The notes beneath the pieces are model-generated. The model was given only the letters and a program-made list of their open reading frames with translations. It was not told the DNA's origin and did not search any database. DNA of 64,000 nt. It comes from a bacterium. Its GTDB lineage: Bacteria > Hinthialibacterota > Hinthialibacteria > Hinthialibacterales > Hinthialibacteraceae. Every line of letters begins with the position of its first letter. Within the stretch, counting starts at the first letter, position 1. Location of the stretch: contig CAXXMV010000001.1 in NCBI GenBank assembly GCA_963662285.2, forward strand, positions 576,001-640,000, in the 5' to 3' direction. The translations under genes were made by a program, and so were the position numbers. Positions 47,661-58,678 of this stretch are shown here, piece after piece.

Positions 47661-48395
47661 ATGCTGCGAATCACTAATCTGGTCAGTTATATCGGTCGCG
47701 TCGAAATCCTCAAAGGCATATCTCTGCACGTTCAAGAGGGAGAGATTGTCACGCTTATCGGAGGCAACGGCGCCGGAAAAAGCACCCTGATCAATACTAT
47801 CGCCGGGTTGATCCCCGCACGTGAAGGAAGCATTAAATTTCTCGAACGCGAAATAAGTAAACTGGCGCCGCCACGAATTGTACGAACCGGCATCGCCCTG
47901 GTTCCCGAAGGACGTCAGTTATTCGCATCCATGACCGTGGCCGACAATCTTCTACTCGGTTCTTATTGCCGGTACAGCAACAAAAACAAGCAAGATATCA
48001 AAGAACAGATGGAATCCGTTCTGGAACTCTTCCCCATACTGCAATCACGCAGCAGCCAACTGGCGGGAACCCTCAGCGGTGGCGAACAGCAGATGCTTGC
48101 CATCGGACGGGCGCTTATGTCCAGCCCTAAGTTGATCCTGTTGGACGAACCATCAATGGGATTGGCGCCCAGGATTGTGGAAGAGATTTTCGAGACCATC
48201 GATCAGCTGCGCCAAAGAGACCTGACCGTCATGCTAATCGAACAAAACGCACGCATGGCGCTCGAACTGGCTGACCGGGGCTATGTAGTCGAAACCGGAC
48301 AAATCGTTATGGAAGGCGATTGCGAAGACCTTAAACGCAACAATGAAATTGAACGCGCCTATCTGGGCAAGGGCTATAAAGAGATTTGGGAATAA
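47661..48395 (+). CDS. livF: ABC ATPase
   Basis: GGNGAGKST, VPEGR, LSGGEQQM, LDEPSMGLAP. Confidence 0.93.
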   Translation: MLRITNLVSYIGRVEILKGISLHVQEGEIVTLIGGNGAGKSTLINTIAGLIPAREGSIKFLEREISKLAPPRIVRTGIALVPEGRQLFASMTVADNLLLGSYCRYSNKNKQDIKEQMESVLELFPILQSRSSQLAGTLSGGEQQMLAIGRALMSSPKLILLDEPSMGLAPRIVEEIFETIDQLRQRDLTVMLIEQNARMALELADRGYVVETGQIVMEGDCEDLKRNNEIERAYLGKGYKEIWE

Positions 48396-48545
48396 TTGAG
48401 AGTTTTGCAAATGTAGGGGCGCCTTTCATGGGCGCCCGGTATATCAAACAGTTTGCGAATGTGGAAAAGCCAAAGGGAATTTTTATTCGGGTAACCACAA
48501 GGGATTACCCCTTCATTTCCTTGATGGGCGCAAGGAGAAAGTATC

Positions 48546-49841
48546 ATGTCAATCATAGACCCTAAACATGAAAGTCTCAGCAGACCGGAAATTCGTCAAC
48601 TACAGTTGGAACGCTTGCAGGCCATGCTGAACCGCGTAGTACGCAATGTCTCTTACTATCAGCATTCATTTAAAGAAGCCGATATTCTGCCAACTGATAT
48701 CCGTTCTCTCAGCGACCTTTCCAAAATCCCCTTGCTTACGCGGGATATCTTAAAAGAGAATCAGCCCTACAATATGTTCGCGGTTCCACTGCGCGAGGTG
48801 GTTCGCCTGCATCCCAGCCGCTCTGGACTGGCCGATCCAATCGTCATCGGGCATACCAAAAACGATATCTTTGTATGGACTCACCTCAAAGCACGCAGCT
48901 TCTCCGCCGCTGGTATTAATCAAAATGACATGGTGCAGGTTTATCTGGATTACACTCTGTTCCCCGGCGCCGTTGTAGCCCATTACGGCGCAGAACAACT
49001 GGGCGCCTGCGTTACCCCCCTATACAGCATTCCCATCGCTAAACAGATAGAGATTATGCGCAATTACCGCACTACGGTTCTTATATGCACCCCGACCCGT
49101 GCGCTGCATATAATGCGCTATATGCGGGAAAATAGCATTGATCCCAAAGATATGTTCCTTCGCACGGTTGTTTTAGTGGGTGAAAGCTGGTCGATCCGCA
49201 CTCACCGGCAGATTGAAGAAAACCTTCTGGTTGATGTATACGGTAATTATGGAGTAAGTGAAATCTGCATTCCCGGCATCTCCTATGAATGCGAAGTCCA
49301 TTCAGGACTGCACATCTGCGAAGACCATTTCATCGCCGAGATTATCGATCCCAAAACCGGCGAGACGCTGCGCAACGATCAACGCGGCGAATTGGTGCTT
49401 ACTACATTGACCAAAGAGGCCTTTCCGCTTATCCGCTTCCGTACCGGTGATATAACCACTCTCAATGAGGATGAATGCCCCTGTGGAAGAACATTTCTAC
49501 GCATGGAAAACGTCACCCGCCGCGCTGATGACATGCTGATCGTTGAAGGGGTTGAATTCCTCCCGGCAGAAATCGGAACCATTCTGACCAACATCGAACA
49601 TGTTACATCCAACTACCGTTTGATAATCCAAAGCGAAGGCATTCGCGACCGGCTGGAAGTGGAAGTCGAAATGACGCCGGACATATTTATCGATCAACTG
49701 GGGCCGCTTGAAGCATTGCGCGAGAAAATCGAAGAAGACATATTCGACCGCCTGCGCATCAAGCCCATCATTAAACTGGTCGAACCGCAAAGCCTGGAAG
49801 GTCAGGAAAAAGTGGTTGATATGCGGGAAACCGACAGGTAG
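48546..49841 (+). CDS. Phenylacetate--CoA ligase family protein with degenerate ATP motifs
   Basis: QLQLERLQ, FAVP, YGVSE, GLHICEDHF, LIRFRTGD; P-loop diverged. Confidence 0.85.
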   Translation: MSIIDPKHESLSRPEIRQLQLERLQAMLNRVVRNVSYYQHSFKEADILPTDIRSLSDLSKIPLLTRDILKENQPYNMFAVPLREVVRLHPSRSGLADPIVIGHTKNDIFVWTHLKARSFSAAGINQNDMVQVYLDYTLFPGAVVAHYGAEQLGACVTPLYSIPIAKQIEIMRNYRTTVLICTPTRALHIMRYMRENSIDPKDMFLRTVVLVGESWSIRTHRQIEENLLVDVYGNYGVSEICIPGISYECEVHSGLHICEDHFIAEIIDPKTGETLRNDQRGELVLTTLTKEAFPLIRFRTGDITTLNEDECPCGRTFLRMENVTRRADDMLIVEGVEFLPAEIGTILTNIEHVTSNYRLIIQSEGIRDRLEVEVEMTPDIFIDQLGPLEALREKIEEDIFDRLRIKPIIKLVEPQSLEGQEKVVDMRETDR

Positions 49842-49873
49842 GGAAATAGTCAAAAAAATGCCTGCTTATAGTT

Positions 49874-50262
49874 CCCTCTCCCACCGGGCTGATCTTTCCC
49901 CAAAAGTTTTGTTATTATTAATGGCTATGAAGAGATCAATACGGGTGCCAAGGGCAGCGTCCTTTCTGCCCTTGAAAGATAACTATTGAAAAACGGGAAA
50001 ATTTCTATGATATTCACGTTTTTATCCTAATTTTAGTCCAACTATTAATAATTGAACGTTAATCATAATTCAATTTATTGAGTAAAACGTTGATACAAAT
50101 ATTTGGAATAAAAGAGGTAAACTCTATCAAGGGCAGAAAATACACTGCCCTTGGCACCCGTGATTATCCTATCTTCAGTTAATAGTATTTCTTATAATCT
50201 CTCATATTGATATTTTTGTGTAAAGATCAGCCCGCCGTGAGGGATAGGGCTAGGGTGAGGGG
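49874..50262. mobile_element. Three-layer nested repeat element (family B > CGGGCTGATCTTT IR > family A MITE)
   Basis: B halves at 49874 and 50241; IR 49885-49897 / 50222-50234; A ends 49943-49975 / 50126-50159. Confidence 0.7.
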
Positions 50263-50391
50263 AAATCTAAAAACACTCGCACACGCGCTAGAAACAGTCT
50301 ATTTTTTCACCATTAACTGACAACCACAGAGAATCAAAACCAATAATCATATATAATAGACCTGCCATATTTCATAGAACATAATCCAATT

Positions 50392-52761
50392 ATGCGAGAA
50401 GATCCCATGAAAAAACTCCTGTTCCCCTTCGCAATGTTTTTGTTAATCGTTTCCACTTTATGCCTACAAACCAATGCAGCGGATAAACCCGGTATAAAAG
50501 TTGGAACCTTCAAGCAAGAGATCAGCCATTCATTCTCCACTGCTGATGGATTGATTTCCAACAACATACTGTCAATAGCCATAGCGCCGGATGGCGCGGT
50601 ATATGCTGGTACGGATAAGGGATTGTGCGTTTACCTTAATGAAAAATGGCGTAGGGTTGACATCGTTCCAGCCAACACTATCACGGCTTTAACGATTCGC
50701 GGCGATGACGTCATCGTCGCTGTGATAAACGAAACATCTGAAATCTATTCTATTTCCAATGGCGCCGCTAAAAAATTAGTCGATGTTCCCGATGGGACTA
50801 TTCATGACCTAAACGCCGGAGACGAAATCATCCGTATTGCCGCAGATAAACATTTATATACGTATGACAATACAAACAATCTTAGTGTCACAGAAAACCT
50901 GATCATGCCCCGCTCCGTGGCTGCAAGAAAAGATGGATATGTTGTAATAGGTGGATCAATCAGTTTGATGTACAAACCTGCTAATCATTCATCCTTTCTG
51001 GCCAGCAGCCCGAAAATGGGTAATGAGAAGAGTTGGTTTCTGCGAAACGTTAAAGGCGTAACCTTCGACAGCCAGGGCCGCCTATGGTTCGCCAGTCCGC
51101 AGGGCGTGGGATGCATGAATACTGAGGATAATTCATGGACGCTCTATACCGGCCAGGACGGTCTGCCCTATAACGATTTCACCTGTATAGCCCCCGGCGA
51201 AGACGGCGTGGTCTGGTTTGGAACCAGGATCGGCGCCATCCGTTTTGATGGCGAAAACTGGAACTACCGCCAGGGCAAACGCTGGCTGCCCAATGACCAG
51301 GTCAACGATATCGCCGTCACCAAAGAAGGCCATGCCTGGATCGCCACCGCCAACGGCGTTGGATTAATCGAACGCCGCCCCATGACCCTCAAACAAAAAG
51401 CCGATTTCTATGAAGATGAGATCGAAAAATATATCAAGCGCACTGCGTATGGCTATCTTTCAGAAGTCCATCTGCCTACTCCCGGCGACAAGAGTAAAAT
51501 CATCTACAGCGATAGCGACAATGACGGCCTATGGACCAGCATGTACGGCGCAGGCGAGTGCTTCGCTTATGCGGCGACCAAAGACCCCTACGCCAAAGTT
51601 CGCGCCCAAAAAGCCTTTGAGGCCCTGCGCTTCCTATGCATTGCGCCAATTGATGGTGAAGTAAAACAGCAGCCCGGTTATGTTGCTCGAACGGTTTTAC
51701 CAAGCAGTGAACCTGATCCCAACAAGCGCGGGGGATACACCCTGGAGGGAATGAAAAAACGGCGTGACAATGAGGATGGCCGCTGGAAAGTTTATTTCCC
51801 CCGCTGGCCTTTGACCAAGGATAAAAAATATTATTACAAAACCGATACCAGTTCTGACGAACTGGATGGACATTATTTCTTCTATGCTCTCTACTACGAT
51901 CTGGTAGCAGATACGCCTCAAGAAAAAGAACGCGTCAGAGAAATAGTGCGCAACCTCACCGACCACCTGGTGCGCAATGATTTTTGCCTGGTCGATCATG
52001 ATGGAACTCCAACCCGTTGGGGAATCTATAGCCCAAAAGTATTGAATCACGATTTCGCCTGGTATGCAGAACGCGGCTTAAACTCGTTGAGTATGCTATC
52101 TTATCTATCCGTAGCCGAACATATCACCGGAGACGCCAAATACGGCAAAGCATCGCGTGAACTGATCGACAAGCATAGTTATCATCTCAACGCCATGTAC
52201 CCCAAAATGCAGCGCGGCGTCGGTTCGGGCAATCAATCTGATGACGAAATGGCTTTCATGAGTTTCTACAACCTGCTCAAATACACCAAAGATGAAACTC
52301 TGCGCAACCAGATGCTATTCTCATTCTTCAACTATTGGACTCTAGAATTTCCAGAGATGAATCCATTCTTCAATTACGCTTACGCCGCTTGTGGATACAA
52401 CAAAACATTCACCGATCCCTGGGGGACTTATCAATTATCACCCTGGGATGGCTGGCTGGAAGATTCCGCCGCAACCTTAAAAGATTTTCCTTTGGATCGT
52501 TTGAACTGGGCGCAACAAAACAACCATCGCCTGGATATCGTATCATTGGGCCGACATTCAGGCACTGATCCTGACAAAACCGCCCGTCAAAGAGGTCACC
52601 GGATAAATGGAAAAGTCCTCTCCGTCGCCGAGAGGCATTTCAACCATTGGAACACCGATCCCTGGACATTAAATTACGGCGGCGGGGGAACCACCCTGGG
52701 CAATGGAACCGTCTATTTACTGCCTTATTACATGGGGCTTTATTATGGTTATATTGAGTAG
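50392..52761 (+). CDS. Secreted protein: regulator-type beta-propeller repeats plus helical catalytic-like domain
   Basis: DGLISNNI, DSQGRLWF, DGLPYND, LPNDQV propeller repeats; DNDGLWT and DTSSDELDGH acidic motifs; start may be 50407. Confidence 0.75.
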   Translation: MREDPMKKLLFPFAMFLLIVSTLCLQTNAADKPGIKVGTFKQEISHSFSTADGLISNNILSIAIAPDGAVYAGTDKGLCVYLNEKWRRVDIVPANTITALTIRGDDVIVAVINETSEIYSISNGAAKKLVDVPDGTIHDLNAGDEIIRIAADKHLYTYDNTNNLSVTENLIMPRSVAARKDGYVVIGGSISLMYKPANHSSFLASSPKMGNEKSWFLRNVKGVTFDSQGRLWFASPQGVGCMNTEDNSWTLYTGQDGLPYNDFTCIAPGEDGVVWFGTRIGAIRFDGENWNYRQGKRWLPNDQVNDIAVTKEGHAWIATANGVGLIERRPMTLKQKADFYEDEIEKYIKRTAYGYLSEVHLPTPGDKSKIIYSDSDNDGLWTSMYGAGECFAYAATKDPYAKVRAQKAFEALRFLCIAPIDGEVKQQPGYVARTVLPSSEPDPNKRGGYTLEGMKKRRDNEDGRWKVYFPRWPLTKDKKYYYKTDTSSDELDGHYFFYALYYDLVADTPQEKERVREIVRNLTDHLVRNDFCLVDHDGTPTRWGIYSPKVLNHDFAWYAERGLNSLSMLSYLSVAEHITGDAKYGKASRELIDKHSYHLNAMYPKMQRGVGSGNQSDDEMAFMSFYNLLKYTKDETLRNQMLFSFFNYWTLEFPEMNPFFNYAYAACGYNKTFTDPWGTYQLSPWDGWLEDSAATLKDFPLDRLNWAQQNNHRLDIVSLGRHSGTDPDKTARQRGHRINGKVLSVAERHFNHWNTDPWTLNYGGGGTTLGNGTVYLLPYYMGLYYGYIE

Positions 52762-52878
52762 GATTTCTCTGTATGCAGCAGAAGCCGGTTGAAAGACATG
52801 ATCCCTCTCCCCAAACTTGAGGGGAGAATTAAAGGCTTACTTAATAGATACGGAACGCGTAGACAACATTGATGATCT

Positions 52879-55170
52879 ATGACCAAACTAAAAGATCATA
52901 AAATATTGAAGGGGAAAATCATGAGATTCTTCTTGAGTTTGATTTTATTGATCCCGATTATGAATTGCCAGGCATCCCTGACAATAACGATAAACAATCA
53001 ATCAGATTATGTGATATTTATACCGGAAAAACCAACTGAAGTTGAGCATTTTGCCGCCAAGGAATTACAGCAAACCATAGAGCAAATGACGGGCGTTAAA
53101 CTCGCTATTAAAAATCACAATCAGAATAGTACAGCCCCGGCTTTTTTTCTGGGAAATATTGTGGGATTATCCACCAAAATCAAATCATGGCATCCAGCGG
53201 AATTTGAACCTGAGGAATATTTATTAAAGACCGATGGAAGAAATATCCACATCGTCAGCCATGAACCTCGCGGTTTGCTATATGGCCTGTACGCCCTGCT
53301 CAAGGATAAATGGGGTTGCCGTTGGTATACGAGAGATGTTAACAAAATCCCCGTCAACAAAAATCTCGCGCTCCCTGAATTAAATGAAACCGGCAAACCT
53401 GCTTTTGAATCACGCGAAGTCTATTTTATCGAAGCATCCGATCCTCATTGGTGTATTCGCAATCGTTTGAACCGTTCGATGAAGGGCATCCCGGAATCCT
53501 TGGGCGGCGAATATGGCATATATCCTTTTGTTCACACCTACTACCAATTGGTTCCTCCCAAGAAATATTTTGAAGAACATCCTGAATACTATTCGCTCAT
53601 CGATGGGAAACGAAAAGGCGAAGAGGCGCAGCTCTGTTTGACCAATCCAGCAGTTCTGGCAATTGCCACTCAACAGGTTTTCAAATGGATCGAAGAGCAT
53701 CCTCAGGCCAGAATCATTACGGTTGACCAGAACGATGGCGGCGGCTGGTGCCAATGCGAAAAATGCATGGCTATAAATGATGCCGAAGGCAGCCAGTCCG
53801 GAACAATTTTGAATTTCGCCAATTCCATCGCCGATGCGGTGGCGCAAAAGCATCCCCATATTTCCATTCAAACATTGGCCTACTATTATTCAGAGAAACC
53901 GCCTAAAACCATCCGGCCTCATAAGAATGTCATCATCCGGTTGTGCCGTTACTCCGAATATTGCGACGCGCACCCCATCGAAGGCTGCAAAGTAAATAAG
54001 CCCTTCATAGATCAACTGCAATCCTGGAGCAAGATCGCTCCCCGCATAATGGTTTGGGATTACCTGGTCGATTTCCGGCACTTCTTTATGCCATTCCCTA
54101 ATTTTGACGGCATTAAAAAAGACCTGAAGTTTTATCACAATAATGGCGTCACCGGATTATTTGAACAGGGCAATTATCCCATGCAAGGCGGTGAGTTATC
54201 GCAGCTGCGAGCCTGGATTCTGGCTCAACTTTTGTGGAACCCCAATCAGAACGCCGATGATTTAATAGACGAGTTTATCGATAATGTATATGGCGCCGCC
54301 GCTCCGTATATCAAAGAGTATCTTGAACTAATCCACACCAAAGTAAGAGAAGGTAACATACATTTCAATATGTACGCCGCGCCAACCGTGGGACATTTAA
54401 CTCCTGCTATTATCAAGCAGGCGGAGCAAATATTCGCCAAGGCGGAAGCGGCGGCGGATAATCCCGCAGTATTGAAACGGGTTGAAACCGCTCATATACC
54501 TGTGCTCTACACCCGCTTATTCTTTTATACTATCGGCGGCAAAGCAGCCTATTTAACTGATAAAGAAATGCCGTCGGTGCGTGATAAGTTAATTCGCATC
54601 GCCAAAGAAAACGATATAGGCCAAGTTGCAGAGAACCGGAAGCATGGCACTTTTCAAGATTTCATTGATAAAGTAAACCAGAGCAAAGGTCTTTTTCTGA
54701 CGGATTGGTGGGTGATTGGACCCTTTGATAACCCTGATGAAAAAGGCCTGGAAACCAGTTATCCTCCGGAAAAATCTTTCGACGCAAACCAGACCTATAA
54801 GGGGATAAACAATCAGTCAATTAAGTGGAGACGCTACCAGGGCAAAGATACTGGTTATATCGATTTTACCCATATCTTCGATAATCCTGAACTTGGAGTA
54901 GCCTATGCCAGAACCACTATTACTGCAAAAGCTGACGTCACAATCAAAATCGGCCTCGGCAGTAATGATGGCTGCCGCTTATGGCTAAATGATAAATTAG
55001 TACATGATCAACCAATCCAACGCACAGCCATACCAAATCAGGATATTCTGACTGTACCTGTTAAAAAAGGCGAAAACTCAATACTAATGAAAATCGACCA
55101 GTTCGGAGGCGGCTGGGGATTTTATTTCTCAATATTAGATGGGGAAGAATTATTCTCTGGTCTGAAATAA
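52879..55170 (+). CDS. DUF4838-family glycoside-hydrolase-like protein with C-terminal beta-sandwich
   Basis: FAAKELQ, GCRWY, HPEYYSL, QLCLTNP, NDGGGWCQC..C, TLAY, VWDY, WWVIGPF, GSNDG. Confidence 0.8.
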   Translation: MTKLKDHKILKGKIMRFFLSLILLIPIMNCQASLTITINNQSDYVIFIPEKPTEVEHFAAKELQQTIEQMTGVKLAIKNHNQNSTAPAFFLGNIVGLSTKIKSWHPAEFEPEEYLLKTDGRNIHIVSHEPRGLLYGLYALLKDKWGCRWYTRDVNKIPVNKNLALPELNETGKPAFESREVYFIEASDPHWCIRNRLNRSMKGIPESLGGEYGIYPFVHTYYQLVPPKKYFEEHPEYYSLIDGKRKGEEAQLCLTNPAVLAIATQQVFKWIEEHPQARIITVDQNDGGGWCQCEKCMAINDAEGSQSGTILNFANSIADAVAQKHPHISIQTLAYYYSEKPPKTIRPHKNVIIRLCRYSEYCDAHPIEGCKVNKPFIDQLQSWSKIAPRIMVWDYLVDFRHFFMPFPNFDGIKKDLKFYHNNGVTGLFEQGNYPMQGGELSQLRAWILAQLLWNPNQNADDLIDEFIDNVYGAAAPYIKEYLELIHTKVREGNIHFNMYAAPTVGHLTPAIIKQAEQIFAKAEAAADNPAVLKRVETAHIPVLYTRLFFYTIGGKAAYLTDKEMPSVRDKLIRIAKENDIGQVAENRKHGTFQDFIDKVNQSKGLFLTDWWVIGPFDNPDEKGLETSYPPEKSFDANQTYKGINNQSIKWRRYQGKDTGYIDFTHIFDNPELGVAYARTTITAKADVTIKIGLGSNDGCRLWLNDKLVHDQPIQRTAIPNQDILTVPVKKGENSILMKIDQFGGGWGFYFSILDGEELFSGLK

Positions 55171-55299
55171 TAAAAAACCAGTTTCTGATTCTCTATCACT
55201 GTAGGCATTCCATCCCCTCTTATTGGGCTACTCTCCGTACACAAATCAGGAGAGGAGAATGAAACGGGGAACATCATAGAATGGGGAGCATCATAGAAC

Positions 55300-55625
55300 G
55301 GGGAGCATCGGCTTCTAGCCGGTGTGTCAAAGAAACCTATAAACCAGTCAACCAATTCCGAATGTCTCGTAGAATCCTTCCTCACATACCTGATACTGGC
55401 CAAACCTATTTCATTACGTTCAGAACCCATGATATTATTATGCCAAACGAAGTATTGGTTGTTGTCATGAATTCATTTTTGTGTTGTGATGTCGGATTAC
55501 GTGCACATCCAACTGACGCCATTGGAAATTTCAAACCGTGGATATCATTCGATCAAAACAATACTTCATATCTGTATGAAGAGAACCGAAGGTGCTGGCG
55601 CACCGGCTAGAAGCCGATGCTCCCC
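55300..55625 (+). mobile_element. REP-flanked RAYT (REP-associated tyrosine transposase) remnant
   Basis: 25-bp perfect IRs at 55300-55324 / 55601-55625; inside RRILPH..GQTYFITFRT and, in another frame, VVMSDYVHIQLTP (decayed VMPDHVH). Confidence 0.75.
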
Positions 55626-55661
55626 TTTTTGATACTACAACTTTCTGTCTCTATAAGCCGA

Positions 55662-58577
55662 TTACCTAAATGGATCCAACACAGATAAACCGGGCTTCTT
55701 TTCGGGCGCAGGCTCAGATTCCTCGAAAAGCTCATTGGCCTCGATCAGCAGTGGATTGTGCGGATCAATTTCGCGGGCGCTGGCCAGTGCATTTTCCGCC
55801 AGTTTCCTGTTCTTCATCTTCATGTAACAGAGCGCCAGATGCACCCGGACGGTTGCATGGGTGGGTTGAATTTCTGCGAGACGTTTGAATATTTTAGCTG
55901 CCTGTTCGGGATGGCTTTTTGAATGAATCTCAATGCCTATATCAAAAGCTTCATCCGTGGAAAGAGCCAGCAGTTTTTCTAAAGACGAATCGAATTCTTT
56001 TGGATTATACAAAGAGAGCTTCAAGTGTTGCGCAACCAGAAAGGAATCGTCAGGCGCATATTGAAGAGCGAAATCCACGATCTGCTTGCATTTATTGTCG
56101 AATTTGTATTGTTGGTAAAATCTAATCCACACTTTCAGGCTGGAAAGTTGTTCTGATGCGCAATCCCATTTCTTGAAACAGTCCATAATCCACGTCGGCT
56201 CGGTTGCGTCGATCAGCGCACGTTCAATGTTGTGTTGCCATTCCTTTGGCGAAAACAGCTGCAAGGGTGCGGAAAATTCCAGGCGCATATTCATATCGGT
56301 ATTGAATTGGATATTGCTATCCTCCTCTAAAATCCAGCGCACCCGCTCCTCTGGCAACAGATAGCCTCTCAATAAAAAAGTCGCGGCGTCGTTTGCATTG
56401 AAGAATTGATTGAGATCCTTGGCGGCCATCGGCGCCTCATCCAGCAGTTTTTGAGCGGCATGTAAATCGTCGATGCTAAATTGCAGCGATCTTTCCGAAA
56501 CAAGCACCAGCGTATCTCCATTGGAAATACGGATCAACGCACAATGGGGGAACACGTCCAACAGGGTGCGCGTGATCATGTTGTACTCAACGCTGGTTAA
56601 ATTATAGGTATGAATCCATTGAGTGAAGATGCCGCCCGGTTTCAAACGCTGTTTGACTGTTTGATAAAATTCGCGCGTAAAGAGGTTAGATATCCCTGCT
56701 ATCCAGGGATTGGAAGGCTCGGAAAGAATCAAATCAAACGAATCCTGGCATCCTTCCATATAACTTCGGCCATCGTCCAGCACCAGATTGAAATTCGGAG
56801 AAAGTTGCGGTTGATGGTTTACATGTGAAAAATAATAGCCGCCTTCGATCACCGCTGGCTCGATCTCACAACACGTCACTTTAGTATTGGGAAACTTCAG
56901 ACTGGCGCCGGCTGTAGTACCGCTGCCATAACCAATGATCATAACATCGCTGGCTGTGGGATGAAACAATCGCGGATAATAGGCTAATCCCAACTGCATG
57001 GGCATATCGTTAAGATCATTGGCGTCGACTTTTCCATTGACGCGCAGATTACGGTTCTGTAGGGTTTCCAGCACCATAACGTTGCTGTGCGTGCTTTCTT
57101 TGAAATATAGAACCTGCGAGGAGTTAACATTTTCTGCGGGCAAATAACCATACCTGTATTGTCCCATGTTGGTTAGGCGTGGATCGGTGGGCCGGGAAAC
57201 CATTAGGATCAAGAGAAGCATACATGGAATCGCGGGAAGCAGGACGACAACCGACTTTTTCTGAGAATAAGGATACACCATCAACCATGAGACCGCATAG
57301 AGCGACATGGTTAATGCAACCGTAATATTCGATCCCAAAACCGGTAATAAAAACAACGGGACCAGGAATGTACCAGCGATGCTTCCCACTGTATTCCAGG
57401 TATACACCGATCCGACTACTTTTCCAACCTTGGTCGTGCGCCAGCGTAATATGTCGACAAACAGTGGAAACAAAAATCCCATACATAGCGTTGGAACCAG
57501 TTGCAACACACAGTTTACGCTGATCGAAATCAATCCGTTGAGCAGCGGATTGAATCGCAGGCGGCGCATGAATCCAACGGCTATACTCAAATAGGGCAAT
57601 GAAAAGAATCCTATGGCCGTGGTTAGAATCAGTAGAAAAACGACGACCAGTAAAACTCGGGATAGATTGGTGAATCGCCGGGCTATCCGGCTGTAGAGCA
57701 GACTGCCTAATCCTATGCCCAAGAGAAAAACAAACAGCATAGAAGAAAACGCATACGTAGTCCCTCCCAGAACCAGGGCCAGTTGGCGCGTCCATATCAG
57801 TTGTAAAATCAAGGATGCGCAACCAGTCAACATCAAGGCTGGGTATATCGCTTTGGCGGAAAAGTATGACGAGCAGTCAGGATCGATGGATGGAAACGGT
57901 CTTTCATCAATAACAGGCGTCTCCTCTATACTCTGCGTCTCTGCTGGATACTGCCGTAGAAGGAGATAAACCAGCATGGCGACGTATACATTGATCGCCA
58001 CAGCCAGGTAATTAGCGCCGATCATCCCCAATCCGGGAAGAAAATAGAATCCTGCGAAAAAAGCGCCGAAGGCGGCCCCAAGCGTATTGATGGCATAGAG
58101 CCAACCGGTTGTTTCGCGGTTCCAGGGTTGCACGATCAGGAAATGCTTCAACAACAATGGCAAAGTCCCGCCCATCAGCACGCATGCCGGACCGATGACC
58201 AGGAAAGTCATAACAAAACGAAAGCCGAATTGGATGTATGGGTGACCCTGCAATATGGGATAAACAGCCGCTGATAACCGATGCAGCGCCGCCAGTTCGT
58301 AGGGGATGATCAATGCCAATACGCCGATCAGTATCTCGCAGACGCAATACCACCCCAGCGGTGATTTAACCCGGTCGGCGATGCGCCCTAACAGAAAAGC
58401 CCCCAGAGCCAGGCCAAACAGAAAAGAGGTTACCACAACCGCCTGAGCCAGGGTTGAACTGCCGTAAACATGGGTGAATCGTTTGAACCAGATGACTTCG
58501 TATATTAATGCGGCCATTCCGGAAAGGAAAAATAATGAGGATGCGATCCGGACGAGGGAAGCAGATTTTTTTGTCAT
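55662..58577 (-). CDS. Fused MFS/spermidine synthase-like membrane protein with TPR tail
   Basis: SGMAALIYEVIW, LMGGTLP, LYAINTLGA, NGKVDA, IGYGSGTT, DDGR, SEPSNPW. Confidence 0.9.
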   Translation of the reverse strand: MTKKSASLVRIASSLFFLSGMAALIYEVIWFKRFTHVYGSSTLAQAVVVTSFLFGLALGAFLLGRIADRVKSPLGWYCVCEILIGVLALIIPYELAALHRLSAAVYPILQGHPYIQFGFRFVMTFLVIGPACVLMGGTLPLLLKHFLIVQPWNRETTGWLYAINTLGAAFGAFFAGFYFLPGLGMIGANYLAVAINVYVAMLVYLLLRQYPAETQSIEETPVIDERPFPSIDPDCSSYFSAKAIYPALMLTGCASLILQLIWTRQLALVLGGTTYAFSSMLFVFLLGIGLGSLLYSRIARRFTNLSRVLLVVVFLLILTTAIGFFSLPYLSIAVGFMRRLRFNPLLNGLISISVNCVLQLVPTLCMGFLFPLFVDILRWRTTKVGKVVGSVYTWNTVGSIAGTFLVPLFLLPVLGSNITVALTMSLYAVSWLMVYPYSQKKSVVVLLPAIPCMLLLILMVSRPTDPRLTNMGQYRYGYLPAENVNSSQVLYFKESTHSNVMVLETLQNRNLRVNGKVDANDLNDMPMQLGLAYYPRLFHPTASDVMIIGYGSGTTAGASLKFPNTKVTCCEIEPAVIEGGYYFSHVNHQPQLSPNFNLVLDDGRSYMEGCQDSFDLILSEPSNPWIAGISNLFTREFYQTVKQRLKPGGIFTQWIHTYNLTSVEYNMITRTLLDVFPHCALIRISNGDTLVLVSERSLQFSIDDLHAAQKLLDEAPMAAKDLNQFFNANDAATFLLRGYLLPEERVRWILEEDSNIQFNTDMNMRLEFSAPLQLFSPKEWQHNIERALIDATEPTWIMDCFKKWDCASEQLSSLKVWIRFYQQYKFDNKCKQIVDFALQYAPDDSFLVAQHLKLSLYNPKEFDSSLEKLLALSTDEAFDIGIEIHSKSHPEQAAKIFKRLAEIQPTHATVRVHLALCYMKMKNRKLAENALASAREIDPHNPLLIEANELFEESEPAPEKKPGLSVLDPFR

Positions 58578-58678
58578 AAGAAATACAGCGCCGTTGGAAT
58601 GGCTCCTTAGTGTAATTGATTATTATGATTATGATACAAATGTTATTGAAGAATCAGAATGCCGCCAAAAGTTATCTG

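Noticed and set aside
55281-55610. Intact 109-aa gene
   Set aside because: It starts in tandem repeats and the RAYT motifs are split across frames; treated as a pseudogene remnant.
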